64,000 bases of DNA, from assembly GCF_037042905.1 (NCBI RefSeq), contig NC_087250.1, positions 23,438,001-23,502,000 on the forward strand. The letters run 5' to 3'. The DNA is from Lytechinus pictus (taxonomy: Eukaryota). Made by a program: the position numbers and the translations under genes. Position 1 is the stretch's first letter. Each line of letters starts with the position of its first letter. Below, piece by piece: positions 12,006 through 25,404 of the stretch. The notes beneath the pieces were generated by a model. That model did not search any database. It was not told the origin of the DNA and was given only the letters and a program-made list of their open reading frames with translations.

Positions 12006-14149
12006 TTCATCTTCATCAAAGCCAGCTTTTGCTTAATATATTCTGCATTTTTACCTTTTAAGTTGTGATTTTACATTGCATTTATGTCTAACTCCTGTCG
12101 TTATAAGATTGTCACTTGGTTATGTACTTTAGGCCATATAATGATTTTCATGCATTGTAAATTCATTTTGTATTAATACAATATATATATCTAATCCAAT
12201 AAATGCAGAAAATCCTGAAAAAAAATCTAACTTATATGAATATATATATCATCACTTGACTGTAAAGTGATTTCTTAATCATAACTATATCTTAACACAG
12301 CAGAGAAGTAAACATAATAGGCAGCACTTTGATAAAAACACATTAAGGAAGCTTCCCACGTCTTTAGGAATGATATTTTAAGACATTTATCCATTAACGG
12401 GAAAAACCATCTCCTAATCTCGGATGAAAATTGAAAATTTGCTTTCAGCGCTGCTGCGTACGAAATGATCACCATACGCAAGACACTGGAGGGCAGGAGT
12501 GGATAAATTGCTCTAAAAACCCAACTCAGGTTTTGATGTCATTGCCGTTAACAACGGAGGAAACCTACTCAAGGATACGTCACATTCCATTACATGAGCG
12601 AGAGATCGGGTTCTTCGTTTTGAGAGGTTTGTTGGGAGTGCGTGTAGTGGTGGTTTTTCCGCTTTCGGCATGCTAACCGAGCTTTCGTTGACCTATGTAT
12701 ATTGTCTGGCAATACATGTTAACTCGATATGCAAGCCAAGTCTTGCATTACATTTATGACAAGTAAATACTGTAGCCTGTTATCTTTAGATGTTTATTAC
12801 CTCCATTTTGATTTTGTATTTTTCTTAATTAAACCTCTTCCATCCTAATTGAAATGAAATAAAATGGAAATGATCTTCAATTCGTACCTTACTTTGATCT
12901 TTGTGAACGTGAGTTTATAGAACAAAAATGTAAACATTTCAATAACACTGGCCAGAGTTACAGCCTGACCCTTGAAATGCCTTTTCTACAGCATTGCACA
13001 AATGTTTAAGGTCCAATGAAAAAGAAACAATAAACCCGTCTTTTCATGGAAGACAAGAAAACATCTCTATATCAATGGGTTTCTTTATTATAATGATATT
13101 ATATTCAGAATAGCCTATGCTTAATTTTGAGTTTTAAGCACTTTAGTAATCTCCGAAGAGAAACGCTATTTGAGGAGATAGCTTTTCATTAAACAGTCTT
13201 TATAGCCAGACTATCTTTACATACAGGTGGTTGAAATGGAGATTTGAAGCGATATCGTTTGATAGTAGGCACTATAGTGAATAAATGCAAGAAACAAAAA
13301 CTCATGATTTAACTTTTCAATTGTCACAGGTAGTGGATAAATCCTGAACAATCATATCATTACGGGTTTGTGCAATCGCAGAGATCTATCTGGAGAAAAC
13401 TGATGGAATCTTTCAACCACGACAGACATATGCTGCAGATCCTATAATTCTTATCCTTTGCTCCACTATCCTACCCTCAACTGGCCTCCAGTTACCAAGG
13501 AAGACCCCCATCTTTACTGGAAGTCAACCACTTCACCCTCTCCTTTGCCATATCGTCCTTCACCTCCTTTTCAATCAATCTCTGTCAATTTATCTTTCTC
13601 CATTCATTTGTTCCATCTCCATCTATTTGCTCTATCTCTCTCCTTTCAATTTTAACATAGACCCTCTGGTTGAAAGGTATTGCTATGCTCTTTAATATCA
13701 TGAAATAAAGCATTCATTTCTATATTTAATCCTTCTCCACCCCTTTAATTATCTTCCCTCCCTCTCCCTCTTCCTTTGTCTCCCTTCCTCTCTTCTCCTC
13801 TCGCTATCTCTTCCCCTCTCTCTCTGGTTACCACGACAACCTCATCTTTATTTGAAGTCACATCCACCCCTAATCCTTCTCATCCATTTTGATTTCAAAG
13901 CACAAAACGCTTAATCCCACGATTCCGTCTTAGCCGGGGATTTCGCTAAAGCCCCTCGCACATTTCCGACAAATCGAGGGGATGTAGCAAATCGGTTGAG
14001 GCAGTCCATCGTTTGTTCATCCGTCTTAAAGGCTCCATGTCAAAAATTTCATAAATTATCCTCTTTTTTGTCCCAGGAAGTCAATCTCTCCAAAATAGGC
14101 TTTCACTTTAGGATTTATAGTCTACACACATCCTTTGACAGCATTAGAA

Positions 14150-14173
14150 CATGGAGCTATTAATAGCTCTGTA
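14150..14173. mobile_element. 24-bp hairpin stub with 7-bp TSD
   Basis: ATTAGAA-[CATGGAGCTATTAATAGCTCTGTA]-ATTAGAA. Confidence 0.65.
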
Positions 14174-16243
14174 ATTAGAAGATACCTGAGGTTGATCATA
14201 TTTGCATTATATTTACCTTGTGGTCATAGATTTAAATTTAAAGCCAAAAGATTTGAATTCAAATTTTAAACAATCTTTTGAGATCTAAAACTTAATCTTT
14301 ATTATTAATATTTTAGACTTTATGATTAACATTTTTGAAAAATTTAATCTTTCGAGATTTAAAATCTAATCTTTAAGATTGAAAAAAAAATCAGATATTT
14401 GGCTGTTCTCTATTTCAAGCCGATCTGGACTTATTGTAAATCCTTGAAATTTAAAGTGAAAGCTTGATTTTACAGGTCCACTTTGAAAAATCCTGGTAAC
14501 TATGACACTGAAAGAACATCAGCCAGTCAGGAGTCAGTTTCATTGGTTTAACTGTGGCGTTAGCAAACGCTAAACTTGAACTCAACGCTCCCAATATAGC
14601 TGGAAGAATCTACCTTCCCTTTAAATCTTGTTCATTACATCCGATAGTCCCAGCTCGCATCAAGTCGATCCCCTTCTTTCTTTGCCTACCCTGTCCCATG
14701 GCAGTACAGACTAGCACCCAGTCACACAAAACCAAGCAATCATCATAGAACAAATCCTAACGATCGATTGCATTCACCACAATGAATGATCAATCATAAA
14801 ATGGAGAATATCATCAATTGCAAAGCCTTGTGTAAAGGGACCATAGGGACCCAGATATATGGGATTGCTGAGGAAAACCTGGATCTTATTAACAGGGTAT
14901 ACAAGGTGTAGGCCTACTCTGTGTGAAAGATTCTTGGGAAGCTATGAATCGCCATTTGGTCCAATACTATGTTGTTTAATGCCCATTTGGTCTAAAAATG
15001 TGTATTTCCCCAAAGATTTAGTTTTGGAGGTCATGTCATATTAGTGTTTTGGCAAGAATTGCTTACACCGACTATAATAATAGAATTGTTAATGGCCTAA
15101 TACATATAGTATATCCATGGTTATACACATGTAAGCCACTGAAATCCTTGCAACTAATTTTCCAAGAGCAAAAGTCTGTTTGAATCTCTGACACTTTCCT
15201 TTGTGAAATGCTTCCCAGATACAAACAAATATAAATTTGAAACTAGATGATTGCAATCAACTTATTTTATTTCAATGTCACCCTATATTGGCTTGTGAGA
15301 TTCAATGTTGATCTATAACTGGATGCTGCTTAAATCATAGATGTCATCTTTTACCGTCTACTCGTGAGTTATAGAACCCTGACATCAATTTGTATTCCTC
15401 TCACCATCTCTTCCACACCTTTCCCTATGTTCATTTCTACTTCACCCTCTCTATAAAAGCGGCTTGCCCTAGTTCAGGTGTCGATTGCGCCACGACCGAA
15501 TGGCTCCCTCGACAGTTCCGATGAGGTGAGGATAGTCGCGAATGGGATTATCAATCGCGATACACCGCATCACGCCGCCTGGCAATGAAAACATCGCAAA
15601 GACCTCCTCGCAGATTGAAAAATGGCTCACCGTTTGGGAGGATGGTGGGTTCTGTCGTCACTTTAAGCCCCTGACGACCAGGTAAACCTTGTCTTAATTT
15701 GCAGAGAAGGCGAGGTGGATTTGAGTGGTAGAGAAAGGCTTAATAATTATTAAGGAGAGCTCCAAAGACTCAACGCGTCTGCTAATTATTGTACTACTCA
15801 AGGGAAAGTCAACGTTGGATTGCACATTTCTTATAATACGCTGTGCACTGTAGAGACTTTCACAATGAGAATATATTGAACTTCTAAATGATTTTTCTGT
15901 GATAAGTGAGAGAGCTACCTACTGAAATCCTCAGTAAAATGAATCAATCATTGAAAGTCAATAAATTGTTGCCTTATGAAGTACTCTTCATTCTGATGTT
16001 TAGTATCTGTCAGAAGGTTGTCAATAGTAGATACCTTGTGTTTGAAAGGTGACACTTTAAAATTCCTTTTTATTTCAAATAGGCCTACTATTTGGCTTAC
16101 TCTTATCTATGTTAGTTTATTTTGATTGATTGAAGTGTAATGTTGTTAATATATGCAATGATGTGTCATTCTTTCTGTTGCAAGAATAAGCAAATTTTAC
16201 AAAAAAAATTTAGTTCATTTCAAGGTTCTATTCAATCGTACTA

Positions 16244-16375
16244 AGGTATTGATCCTCATTACCAGGTCCCTCGGAGAGGACCTTAAGCCATTGACCCTCT
16301 GGTTGGTTGCTTGCTTACAAGCATTCATGCTTTCTTAGCAATCAGGTAAAAAATCACTAACATTTATCACCATTT
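16244..16375 (+). mobile_element. SINE fragment (central/3' part)
   Basis: CCAGGTCCCTCGGAGAGGACCTTAAGCC resembles, from recall, a conserved SINE central domain; no tRNA head is visible. Confidence 0.35.
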
Positions 16376-18669
16376 TTACCAGAATGAATAATCTCATATT
16401 ACATAATACACATTGCAGTTAAGAACTATGAAGACAATGTATGAGCAAAACAAATAATAATCATCACATTAGTCAGTATTGTATTACTGGCTATTTTTCA
16501 TCCATGCAATTTATGATCTATGATCTAACGTTCAATAACCCGCGTTCGTGCACAGCAAAATCACTAACCGGTGTCATTCCTCAAATTGGCAGCCATATGG
16601 ACCAGCGCATAATTCCTTAACGTACCGCAAAGTTTTGCAGCCTGGCCGCCTCGCGATCTCCACGGACCTTCATTACGATAACCCACACCTCACTCCTAAC
16701 ACCTCGACGTCTCGAAAATACCAATTACCACCGATCCTGGTGGAAATGAGATAGTCTCATATCTAGACTTAAATGAATTTCATTGTATCATAAGATCAGA
16801 TTTACTCATGTTATGGTAATAAAGCAAATCCAGCTTCAGTTTTCCTGTTTTCTTGTGTTTTAGAGAGAGAGAGGATTGATGTTATGATAGTGACAAAATT
16901 ACAGTTAGCAAGAACACCTATATACTCAAACCAAGAAAATTTTCACTAACAATTCTCTGCTAAAAATGGTCTTTTGATACATAATTAATGACCAACACTA
17001 TCTTTCTTGAAAATTTTAAATTCAAATAGAGGCTACATTTACTTCGTTCAGGCCTAAATTTAGCTGTGGTTTAAAGTTCAGTATCAAATGCCCCCTTTTT
17101 GTGGCTCCATGGATCAAAATCCATCACCCCCCCCCCCCCACCTCCCTAAAACAGAACATTGCTGGTGGTCTTAACTCATTTAACCTGGGTGTTAATTTCA
17201 CCCCTTTGTTTAAATCCCCTGACAAAAGATGTAGATTACATGATATCAATTATCACTAGTGATAATAATACAAAGAGAGAATCCCTTGTATTTAATGCAT
17301 GCAGGTTTCCAGCTAGTGATCTGTCATTAGCCCAGGAGTGTGTAATATTGATGTAGGCCTGTGGTTTAGGGGGAATGAGTAGGATGGGTTTCGAATTGTG
17401 TGGCCGGTCCAAAAAAATAAAGGAGCTTGAATTTCTCCAAGGAAGGGGTGAAGTTTCTTATTCTGTGGCTGGAATAGAATTCCTTGACACCATTGTCTGA
17501 ATATTGTGGCTGGTGATCTCATAATGCAGGCAACAACCTGAGGTGGTCAAAAGTTTAAGACAGTCAATTCTTCTCAATATAGTTTTACTTGTAATGGCAT
17601 ATCGAGTGTTTAGGCCTTTAGCGCTGCAGGGATACCGATATCATAAATGATTATCAGATTGTGGATTAAAAACTTTTAACACTTCACATACTAACATGAG
17701 CTAATTATTCCACATAGGCCTAGGCATACAAATATTATTTAAGTTTGGTTTAAAATATGACTCATAAGCATTAGAGCAAGGTTTATTTTCTGGATGCCAC
17801 CCTCCATCTCTTCATAATTTTGATAAAATAAAAAAACAATAAGGAGCGCTTTGTCACCGTTGGGGGAAAGGGTTCACCCTTTTACAAACCAATAAGATGT
17901 CAATATTCCAAGAAGGCCTACACATTCAAACATAATTCAAGTTTGGTCAAAATATGAGCAAGATGTATAATCTACCCCCCCCCCCCTTCAGACATTTTTT
18001 TTTAAAGATCAATAAGGGCACTTTTAGTCATTGATGGAGCAGGGCTTAACCCCTGTGCACACCACCCCTATGAACTTCACACCCTCTATCATGTAGTCAT
18101 TCTGTGTAAACCAACACCATTTCTCCCATTCACTTGCCTGTGTGATGACAGGGTCGGAGTCACGAGAAGGACTTGTTGTGTTAACGAAAACTAGTTTCGA
18201 ATACATGGATATAATAACACCAAGCCACAAATACTAGTAGCACTTATAGCAGTCATAACTCATCCGGTAGTTTTCCTTTTTACCTATAGGATTATCTAAC
18301 AATTACTTGTATGTCGATTTCACTTGTCTTATTTGAGATGTTCTGGGCACTTTATATATTGTAGATTTTGTAAACGAATAATCGGTCCCTTTGAGATCCA
18401 CTGATTGTGCTGAAATTATAGTATCCGCAATCATTGCACAGAGCAGCTTCTTGCACGTAAACGAATGTGAATCTCACCAAATCGAAACTATGCCTGTTGA
18501 TATGGTGGCGGGGGCAAGCAGGAGGCAACGGGCAGAAATCTTGTTAACTATGCCCTATGCCTGTTGCCCTTGGAAACCTCTTTAGTTTGTTGTTTTGCAG
18601 GCATGGTTAGAAACATAACCTGACTTTTGACCAATCATATTACTAGATTATTCAACATTCTGAAAGAGG

Positions 18670-19255
18670 AATATAATAAGAAATAGTTTCATGGAAAGGA
18701 ATCGCTTCAAGAATATACTTTCCCTTTTTAAGACTGTCCAAGAAGGAAGTTTCATGGACCAGAACTGCTTTAAGAAACTCAAAGAACAAATCCCAAAGAC
18801 CAGAACTGCTTCTAATAATATCTCAGAATTAGTCACATGGACCAGTATTCTTCTAGAATATCCAAGAACAAGTCGCATGGACCAAAATCACTTCACTATT
18901 ACAAGAATGAGTTTCATGAAATGGAATTGCTTCAAGAATGCAATTTCCTTTAGGACAGTCCAAGAACAAGTCTGAAGGATAAGACATGCCTTCAAGAATT
19001 CTCCAAAAATGTACCTTCCCTTTAAGATCTTCCAAGAAGGAGTCTCAGGAGTCAGGAAAGCATTGGACAAAGACCACTGGAAGTTGACATAAAAACTAAA
19101 CAAGGATTTGTAGGTGATGAGATGAGGCATGCCTTCAAGAATCTGACTTCAAGAATGCATCTTCCCTTTAAGATCTTCCAAGAAGGAGTCTCAGGAAAGC
19201 GATGGACAAAGACCACTGGAAGTTGAGACAAAACCTAAACAAGGATTTGTAGGTT
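18670..19255. repeat. Degenerate tandem repeats ending in a ~130-bp direct duplication
   Basis: GTTTCATGGA...GCTTCAAGAA recurs; 18986-19115 aligns with 19128-19254. Confidence 0.8.
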
Positions 19256-20175
19256 AAGGCGGAGACACCACCTCGGTCTGTAAAAATAGCCCATAGCGAC
19301 AGTCACCACGGCGATACGTGATGGGCATGCTGGGAAGGGAAGCCGGGCAGCGTGGACCGCAGAGAGGTGTAAGTCTACCAGTGACAGACAGGGGTGAAGG
19401 GATAGTACAGGGTGAGAAGGAAAGTTGAGATGGAGGTTGTTTAGGGGGGTGGGAGTTGGAGTGAGAGGTGACCATGTACTTTTAAACGGTGCTATTACTG
19501 GCTGTGAAAGGGCTACTCGAGGGAGATGTGAGGATTGATCTTTATAGGCAGGTCTGGGCCTCCCTCTCACGTCCCTGGTCTTACAAAGAGTTACAATTGA
19601 TCTTATCAACCTTAACTGCATGGAAATCCATCAATTTCATAATTTTTTCCACAGGAAATTTTCATAATATCCTTAGGAAACAAAGAGAAGCATACCAAAT
19701 TTTCAATGAATGTATGAATATACATCATATCTAGGAAATATTTTGAACAAACATGCATTTTGTATGTTGACGTTGCTGGCTTTCCATAGTCTTGGTTGAT
19801 CGGATCAATCGCAACTTTTTGTAAGTCGGGGCCCAGGTGTCCTCTACGGACAGGGTTTCCTGAAGTACATGTCTCTATGAACAACCATTCAAAATATATA
19901 CCCCAAAATATGTATGTATTGTCTTCAGAATTATGCAAATAATATGCAAATGATATGCAGAATTGCTGTGGCACTTCCAATGCTAATTTTGTTCACCTCT
20001 CCAAGAGCAATGACGAGTTAATTTTTTAACCGACTTATATGTTGGTTAAGCAATATTTGAGAGTATATGCACAGGGCCCATCTTATTTTAAGTAACATGA
20101 GCAGCATGTTAGACATTCCATAGTTGACATGTTAAGCTTTCTATACTTGGAGTAAGAATATGTAAAGAAAGAATA

Positions 20176-20260
20176 ACTTACCTGTTTGATGTAAAAAGAA
20201 GATGACAAGAAGGTCCGCACATGAAAAATAAAGAGAAAAAAAACACACATAAATTAGCAC
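20176..20260 (-). promoter_or_regulatory. Candidate recursive splice site (3'ss abutting 5'ss), junction 20181/20182
   Basis: Minus strand reads GCTAAT (branch-like, 20253-20258), then a pyrimidine-rich tract with no AG for 76 nt (20184-20259), then ...CTTCTTTTTACATCAAACAG|GTAAGT. Confidence 0.7.
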
Positions 20261-20839
20261 TTAGTTTGAACTAAATTACTCATTACAATAGTGTAGTATC
20301 ATGCTGTATTTCCTTCCTCATTTTATCTCCTATATGACAGAGATCAAACTTTGGACACAATATTTTCTGTAATTATACAATATTAGTCTTATGGCACATC
20401 ATGACGTCATAAGTACAGAAAATAGTTTAAAAGGGAGCTACTGATACTATTCCCCAGAATATATGCCCTTAGTTCATCATCTTCAAAGCATCAAATCAAA
20501 CCTTACAGCATTTAGAGAAATGTTCGAAAAATATACGTCACAACTTCTAGACCTGTACGAAAAACTACAAAGCACAAACAAAGGGGATTCCCAAATGGAT
20601 GTTAGTCTTCATAATTGGATCCAACAGAGGAAGAGAAAAGAGACTTAAAAGGGCCGTCCGAACAGCCTACACCTTTTGAATAGGACACCTTGTACCCTAG
20701 GGGTATAGCGTCTAGAAGGGTGTTAAAAAGGAACAAAGCTAATACTGCACTGCCCTCAAACATAGCCCTGAAACGTCCTCCAAAACGCTTATGAGCAGAC
20801 ATTTATAAGTGTGAAGTGATTCTTTAGTTGGAGGAAATC

Positions 20840-20978
20840 GGGGAGGGTTTCATGAGAAGCTTTATCAGTGAACTTCATCAACTCTGTTCCACTCAGCCAA
20901 TCAGATGCAAGAATTTTTGTAGCTTTTAACAGTTATAAGTGAAAATCACTGACTACACATTTCATGTAATGCTCCCCT
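20840..20978. mobile_element. ~135-bp MITE (GCATCTGATTGGCTGA family)
   Basis: TIR-like ends GGGGAG..TTTCATGA / TTCATG.AATGCTCCCC; related copies at about 24151-24288, 26431-26560, 26640-26767, 38630-38761, 53185-53315 and 60972-61092. Confidence 0.8.
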
Positions 20979-22771
20979 GATGGAGATGCTTAAAGTAGGC
21001 TTCTGTGAATGCAAGTTAAGTGCATGCTTAGTGCATAAGCCCATCCAACAATGCAGTACATACAGATAGTTTGATTTTAAAGCCTTTAAACATACACAGG
21101 CCTACATTATGTAGATACATGGGTTCTTTTTAAAGCTATTTTTTAAGAATGTGTTTATTCTGAAGAGGGTTGTCTTTAAGCATGTAGCCCTTTTAGTTTG
21201 GTGACATCTTCAAAAGAAGTTGGGGCTTTTTTTTACAAGCCTACTATCCGAACAGACTAGGTGACTCTATAATGCCTTGATCACTTTCAGATACAGACAT
21301 ATTTTTTAACTTATGAATTCCCCCCCCCCCCCTTCAAAAAAAGGAAATAAAATGTACGAGGCAATATGGAAGGAGCTATTATTATATTCACACTATCCAA
21401 AATATTTGAGAAATGCCAGAGTAAAAAGGCAAAAATAGAAAATACAAGGTAGATAGACTATTGGTTATCATCATCACAACAAAAGTTTCCCAACACCACT
21501 TGTACAAAAACTTAATACTTTTAGCAAACTTTTGTATCTTCAGTTTGCAAATGTTTGCTACGAGATCAGACTCCTCAGAGAGTACCTATCTATTTCAAAT
21601 TTATAATGGTTTTATTTTTATTGGTTTTTGGCTTTGAGACAAAGTAAATTCATGAAAAGGGTGGCATTCCGTAAAATAATGTACGAAAATCACAAAATGT
21701 GATTTTTCTACAATATGAGTGGATAGTCCCTGACCCCTCGTTAGAAGACCTACATTTCATAAAGTTATTAACCAAAAAAGTATACAATCCATTCAAGATC
21801 ACAATGACATGTGATGCAAGAAAATAAAACACCCAAATTTACCTTTCTCAAATCTAGACCAAACAAATAAGAATTTGAAAACAAGCAATACAAGCATAGA
21901 TATAGAGGAATTACCACTAATATTTCATACAATTATCATTCATTATATCCGACCTTGAACAAATTTTCATTCTTCCTTCCCTTTTGGGGATAAGGTCACG
22001 TTTTTCTGACCACTTTTCTTTTCCATTTCCTGCCGGTTCTATTCTTTCGCCTCCACCACTACTGCTTGAATACATGTGCCTACCATGTGTGTGTGTGTTT
22101 GAGGTAGCTTCCAAAGTGGTTTACTCCTCAAATCCATCCCAACAATCAAACTATTAAACGCAAATATTATTCCCTCTCGCTTGTCAAATAATTACCCCGT
22201 AGCCCGAGGGGGCGCGGAATATCGCTAATTCCTCGTAATTTCCAAAAGAAACGGCCAAACATGCGCGACCTCTACCCGAACAAGAGGGCATAAACGCGCT
22301 TAATAGCACGCCCTGCAAAAACATGCTTTGTGAGAAGCATACCAAATATACAGCCAATATAAAGGGCTTAGGGTTCGGGAACAAAGACCAACACGAAAAT
22401 GCATAAGTTGTGCTACCCCAGTACTAAACTAACTATATTATGATGTTAATGCAGACAGGCTGTACAGAATGGAGGATTAAATGCATTCACACACATGGCC
22501 TTGTTCCCATTTACAAAATCATTAAGAAAATTACAGATAATTACAAAGTTATTTCTACCTAAAGCACTGAATGGTATGAATGTATATACAGCAAACAGAT
22601 GGGAATAAGTGTTTGGTAAACCGCAGGATTAAATCCAAGAAAACAAAATTAGAAGTCTTTAGGGGAGAAATAGAAAGTTGAGCTAAAAATAACTTTCCAG
22701 TATTATCTCAAATTTATCCTGTACAATCATTTTGGAATGATTTAGAATATAGATGAGAGCCTAGGTACTAT

Positions 22772-22819
22772 CATGGAGCTATAAATTTGAGATAATGATG
22801 GAAATGTAATAGCTCTATG
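22772..22819. mobile_element. 48-bp hairpin stub with 7-bp TSD and templated filler
   Basis: GTACTAT-[CATGGAGCTAT...ATAGCTCTATG]-GTACTAT; filler 22781-22804 matches the reverse complement of 22694-22717 at 22/24. Confidence 0.75.
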
Positions 22820-23021
22820 GTACTATTAAAGTGGAATTTGTTCCTACATGTAAGAATCATAAAAGATGTAATGAAATTTAGTAACTGTTGTATCAAGAAT
22901 ACAATGAAAGTAACATAGTCTGTATAATAAACTAATATCTGCATGCACACCCCCCCCCCCCAGAACTTGCAAAATAATGTCTCTATTTCTTTCTTTTCCC
23001 CCTACTTTTCTAAAATCTTTA

Positions 23022-23435
23022 GGCCCAAATTCACAAAGGTGGTTTTGAAAACCCCTGGCTGAGTCCATGGTTTATGCAGATATACTGTATAAATTACGCT
23101 TAATTACCGCGTAAATTAAAAAATGTCCAATGCTGATGCGCGCTTTTGTCACAGTGCACCGAATTGACCCCTGTTGCCGTGGTTATCCATGCTATTTTAC
23201 TCATGAGTCCATTGTTTTTATTCATTAGTCCACTCTTCAAACAGGGGACTCATGAATGAAATAGCGTATCTAACCATGGTAACAGGCGTCAATGTTGTGC
23301 ACTGTGTCAAAAGCGCGCATCAGCATTGGATATTTTATATACACGCGCTAAATTAAGCGTAATTTATACAGGAAATCAGCATAAACCATGGATTCAACCG
23401 TGGGTTTTCAAAAACCACCATTGGGAATTCGGACC
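23022..23435. mobile_element. Long palindromic (foldback) element, arms about 190 bp
   Basis: e.g. CTGTATAAATTACGCTTAATT / AATTAAGCGTAATTTATACAG and TCCAATGCTGATGCGCGCTTTTG / CAAAAGCGCGCATCAGCATTGGA; central loop about 30 bp. Confidence 0.9.
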
Positions 23436-24150
23436 ATGAGGTTTGGTCAGATCTTAGGAAATAAGTCTTAAAAAATATAATATCACATTTCACACCTTTA
23501 TTTCTCCTTTCAATTAATACACTCACTAATCACACAAGCAAAATAGGCTAATCTGAAACAAAAATGAATATATTACAATGCCCGTTTTCATTTTACACAA
23601 GCAAACAATTTAATTTTCAGGTCAGTGCTTATATACAGGTGAAGGTTTGTTAGAAATCTGAGAGGATTTTTTTTCAGGTCAATAGACCAAAATACAATAA
23701 AAACATAGTCATAGACAAAAATACATGTGTTGACCCCCCCCCCCCCCAAAAAAAAAAAAAAAAAAAGAAAATAACAAAATGGTGAAATGAATATATCCTT
23801 TTTGAGCCATGGGTCATTTTCATAACCAAACCAGGTGCAACTATTTTAGTATATAATATTTTTTTTCTAAATTTTCCTTTTAATTTTCCTTTTCCATCCA
23901 GACCCCCCCCCCATTCATAATCACTTAGCCATTATTAAATATATTATATTGTACCATCATTGGGAGGATTGCATATGTACCTATTGAGCCTTCCCTATTG
24001 TTGCCATAGAAATTCTTGTACTAAGTATGTGTTGATGTTTTTTTGTGGGGAATTCATACTGGTGTCCAAAGCCTTCGGCCAGGATTAGGACTTTTTCAGT
24101 TTGATCAAAAAGGCGATTGATCCAGAAAGGGTAGGATAAATAAATAATAC

Positions 24151-24288
24151 TGGGAGGTTTCATGAAGTGATGTGTCCCCCTGACTTATACTCAAAACTGT
24201 TATAAGCTACTGAAATTCTTGCATCTGATTGGCTGAGAGCAAATTTGTCAGTGGAAATCAATGACAAGATGCTTCGTGAAAGACCCCC
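24151..24288. mobile_element. MITE (GCATCTGATTGGCTGA family)
   Basis: Homologous to 20840-20978 in the opposite orientation. Confidence 0.75.
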
Positions 24289-24594
24289 AATGGTTTAGCC
24301 CGTTATCAAAGGAAAGAGAAAGTACTCCTCGAAAAGTAGCGTTCTTGTGAGCAACCTGGTCTAACATTAGGCCTAGACCTGATTCATTGATAGGCATAAT
24401 CACTGATAGGCCTAATTCCAAGATAGACTTTACTCTACACTACAGCTACAACCAGTTGGTCTAGTACTACAAATTAGGACCAAGTGGGTGATGTTTGGTC
24501 CAATTACCACAAAGTTTATACACTTGGGATAATAAATGTCATTTAGCCTAATAGCCAAATCAAAACCTTTTTTATCAACTGAGATAACCCCTCT

Positions 24595-24765
24595 ATGACA
24601 AGTTGGTCTATGATACTTTGCCTTTGGTCTACAAGTTGTTCTATGATGCTTCGATCTACAAGTTGGTCTATGATATTTTGATCTACAAGTTGGTGTATGA
24701 AAATTTGGTCTAGAATAATTCAGCCTATGGTATATTATTTTGGTCTATGAAAAGTTTGGTATCTT
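24595..24765. repeat. Degenerate minisatellite (ACAAGTTGGTCTATGAT-like, ~27-32 bp period)
   Basis: Motif repeated 5-6 times. Confidence 0.7.
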
Positions 24766-25139
24766 ACCAGCCATCTACTAAGATAGACAGCTCTGATTAA
24801 TGGTACAGATACATTCATGCAAATGACACATTTATATTAGATAAATCTATCAAATAAAAAAACTACTGTAATAAATCAATGAATGTATGCATGCAGCATA
24901 AACACTTAATACCTGGCTCAACATTTTTGTTTTCAAAGTAATATTCGGAAAGAGAAGTGAAATCTAGTGCTACAACCAACCGAAGGCATCAACCTTAAAA
25001 AGTGCATTTCGTATAACCCTCTTACTTTTCCTGAAGCTAGAATTAACCGAATAACTAAAGTCCAAGTTGAAATACAGACTAAAGCAAATTGATTGCATCG
25101 TCTGCAAAGCCCAAGCAAACCCAAACCAATTGCCAACTT

Positions 25140-25229
25140 TAATCCAAATCTCATCAAACTGCTCCTCCCCTCCCGGCATATTTAATCCAATAATATTTAG
25201 ATAATCCCCCTTTAATCCACTTATAATCC
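25140..25229 (+). promoter_or_regulatory. Cluster of five TAATCC (K50 homeodomain: Otx/Pitx/Gsc-type) sites
   Basis: TAATCC at 25140, 25183, 25202, 25213 and 25224. Confidence 0.55.
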
Positions 25230-25404
25230 GAATGATAATTCATAACCATCTTTGCGGAGAATAACGGGGTCGTTGAATGTCAGAGAGATGTATTACGTGG
25301 ATTTAGGTAGAATGAGTCAACGCTGGTTTACAAGAAGATGTAAACTAACATGCGTTTCAAGTAAAATATTTAGGAATCTTAACAGGATTAAGAAGTTTAT
25401 AGAC

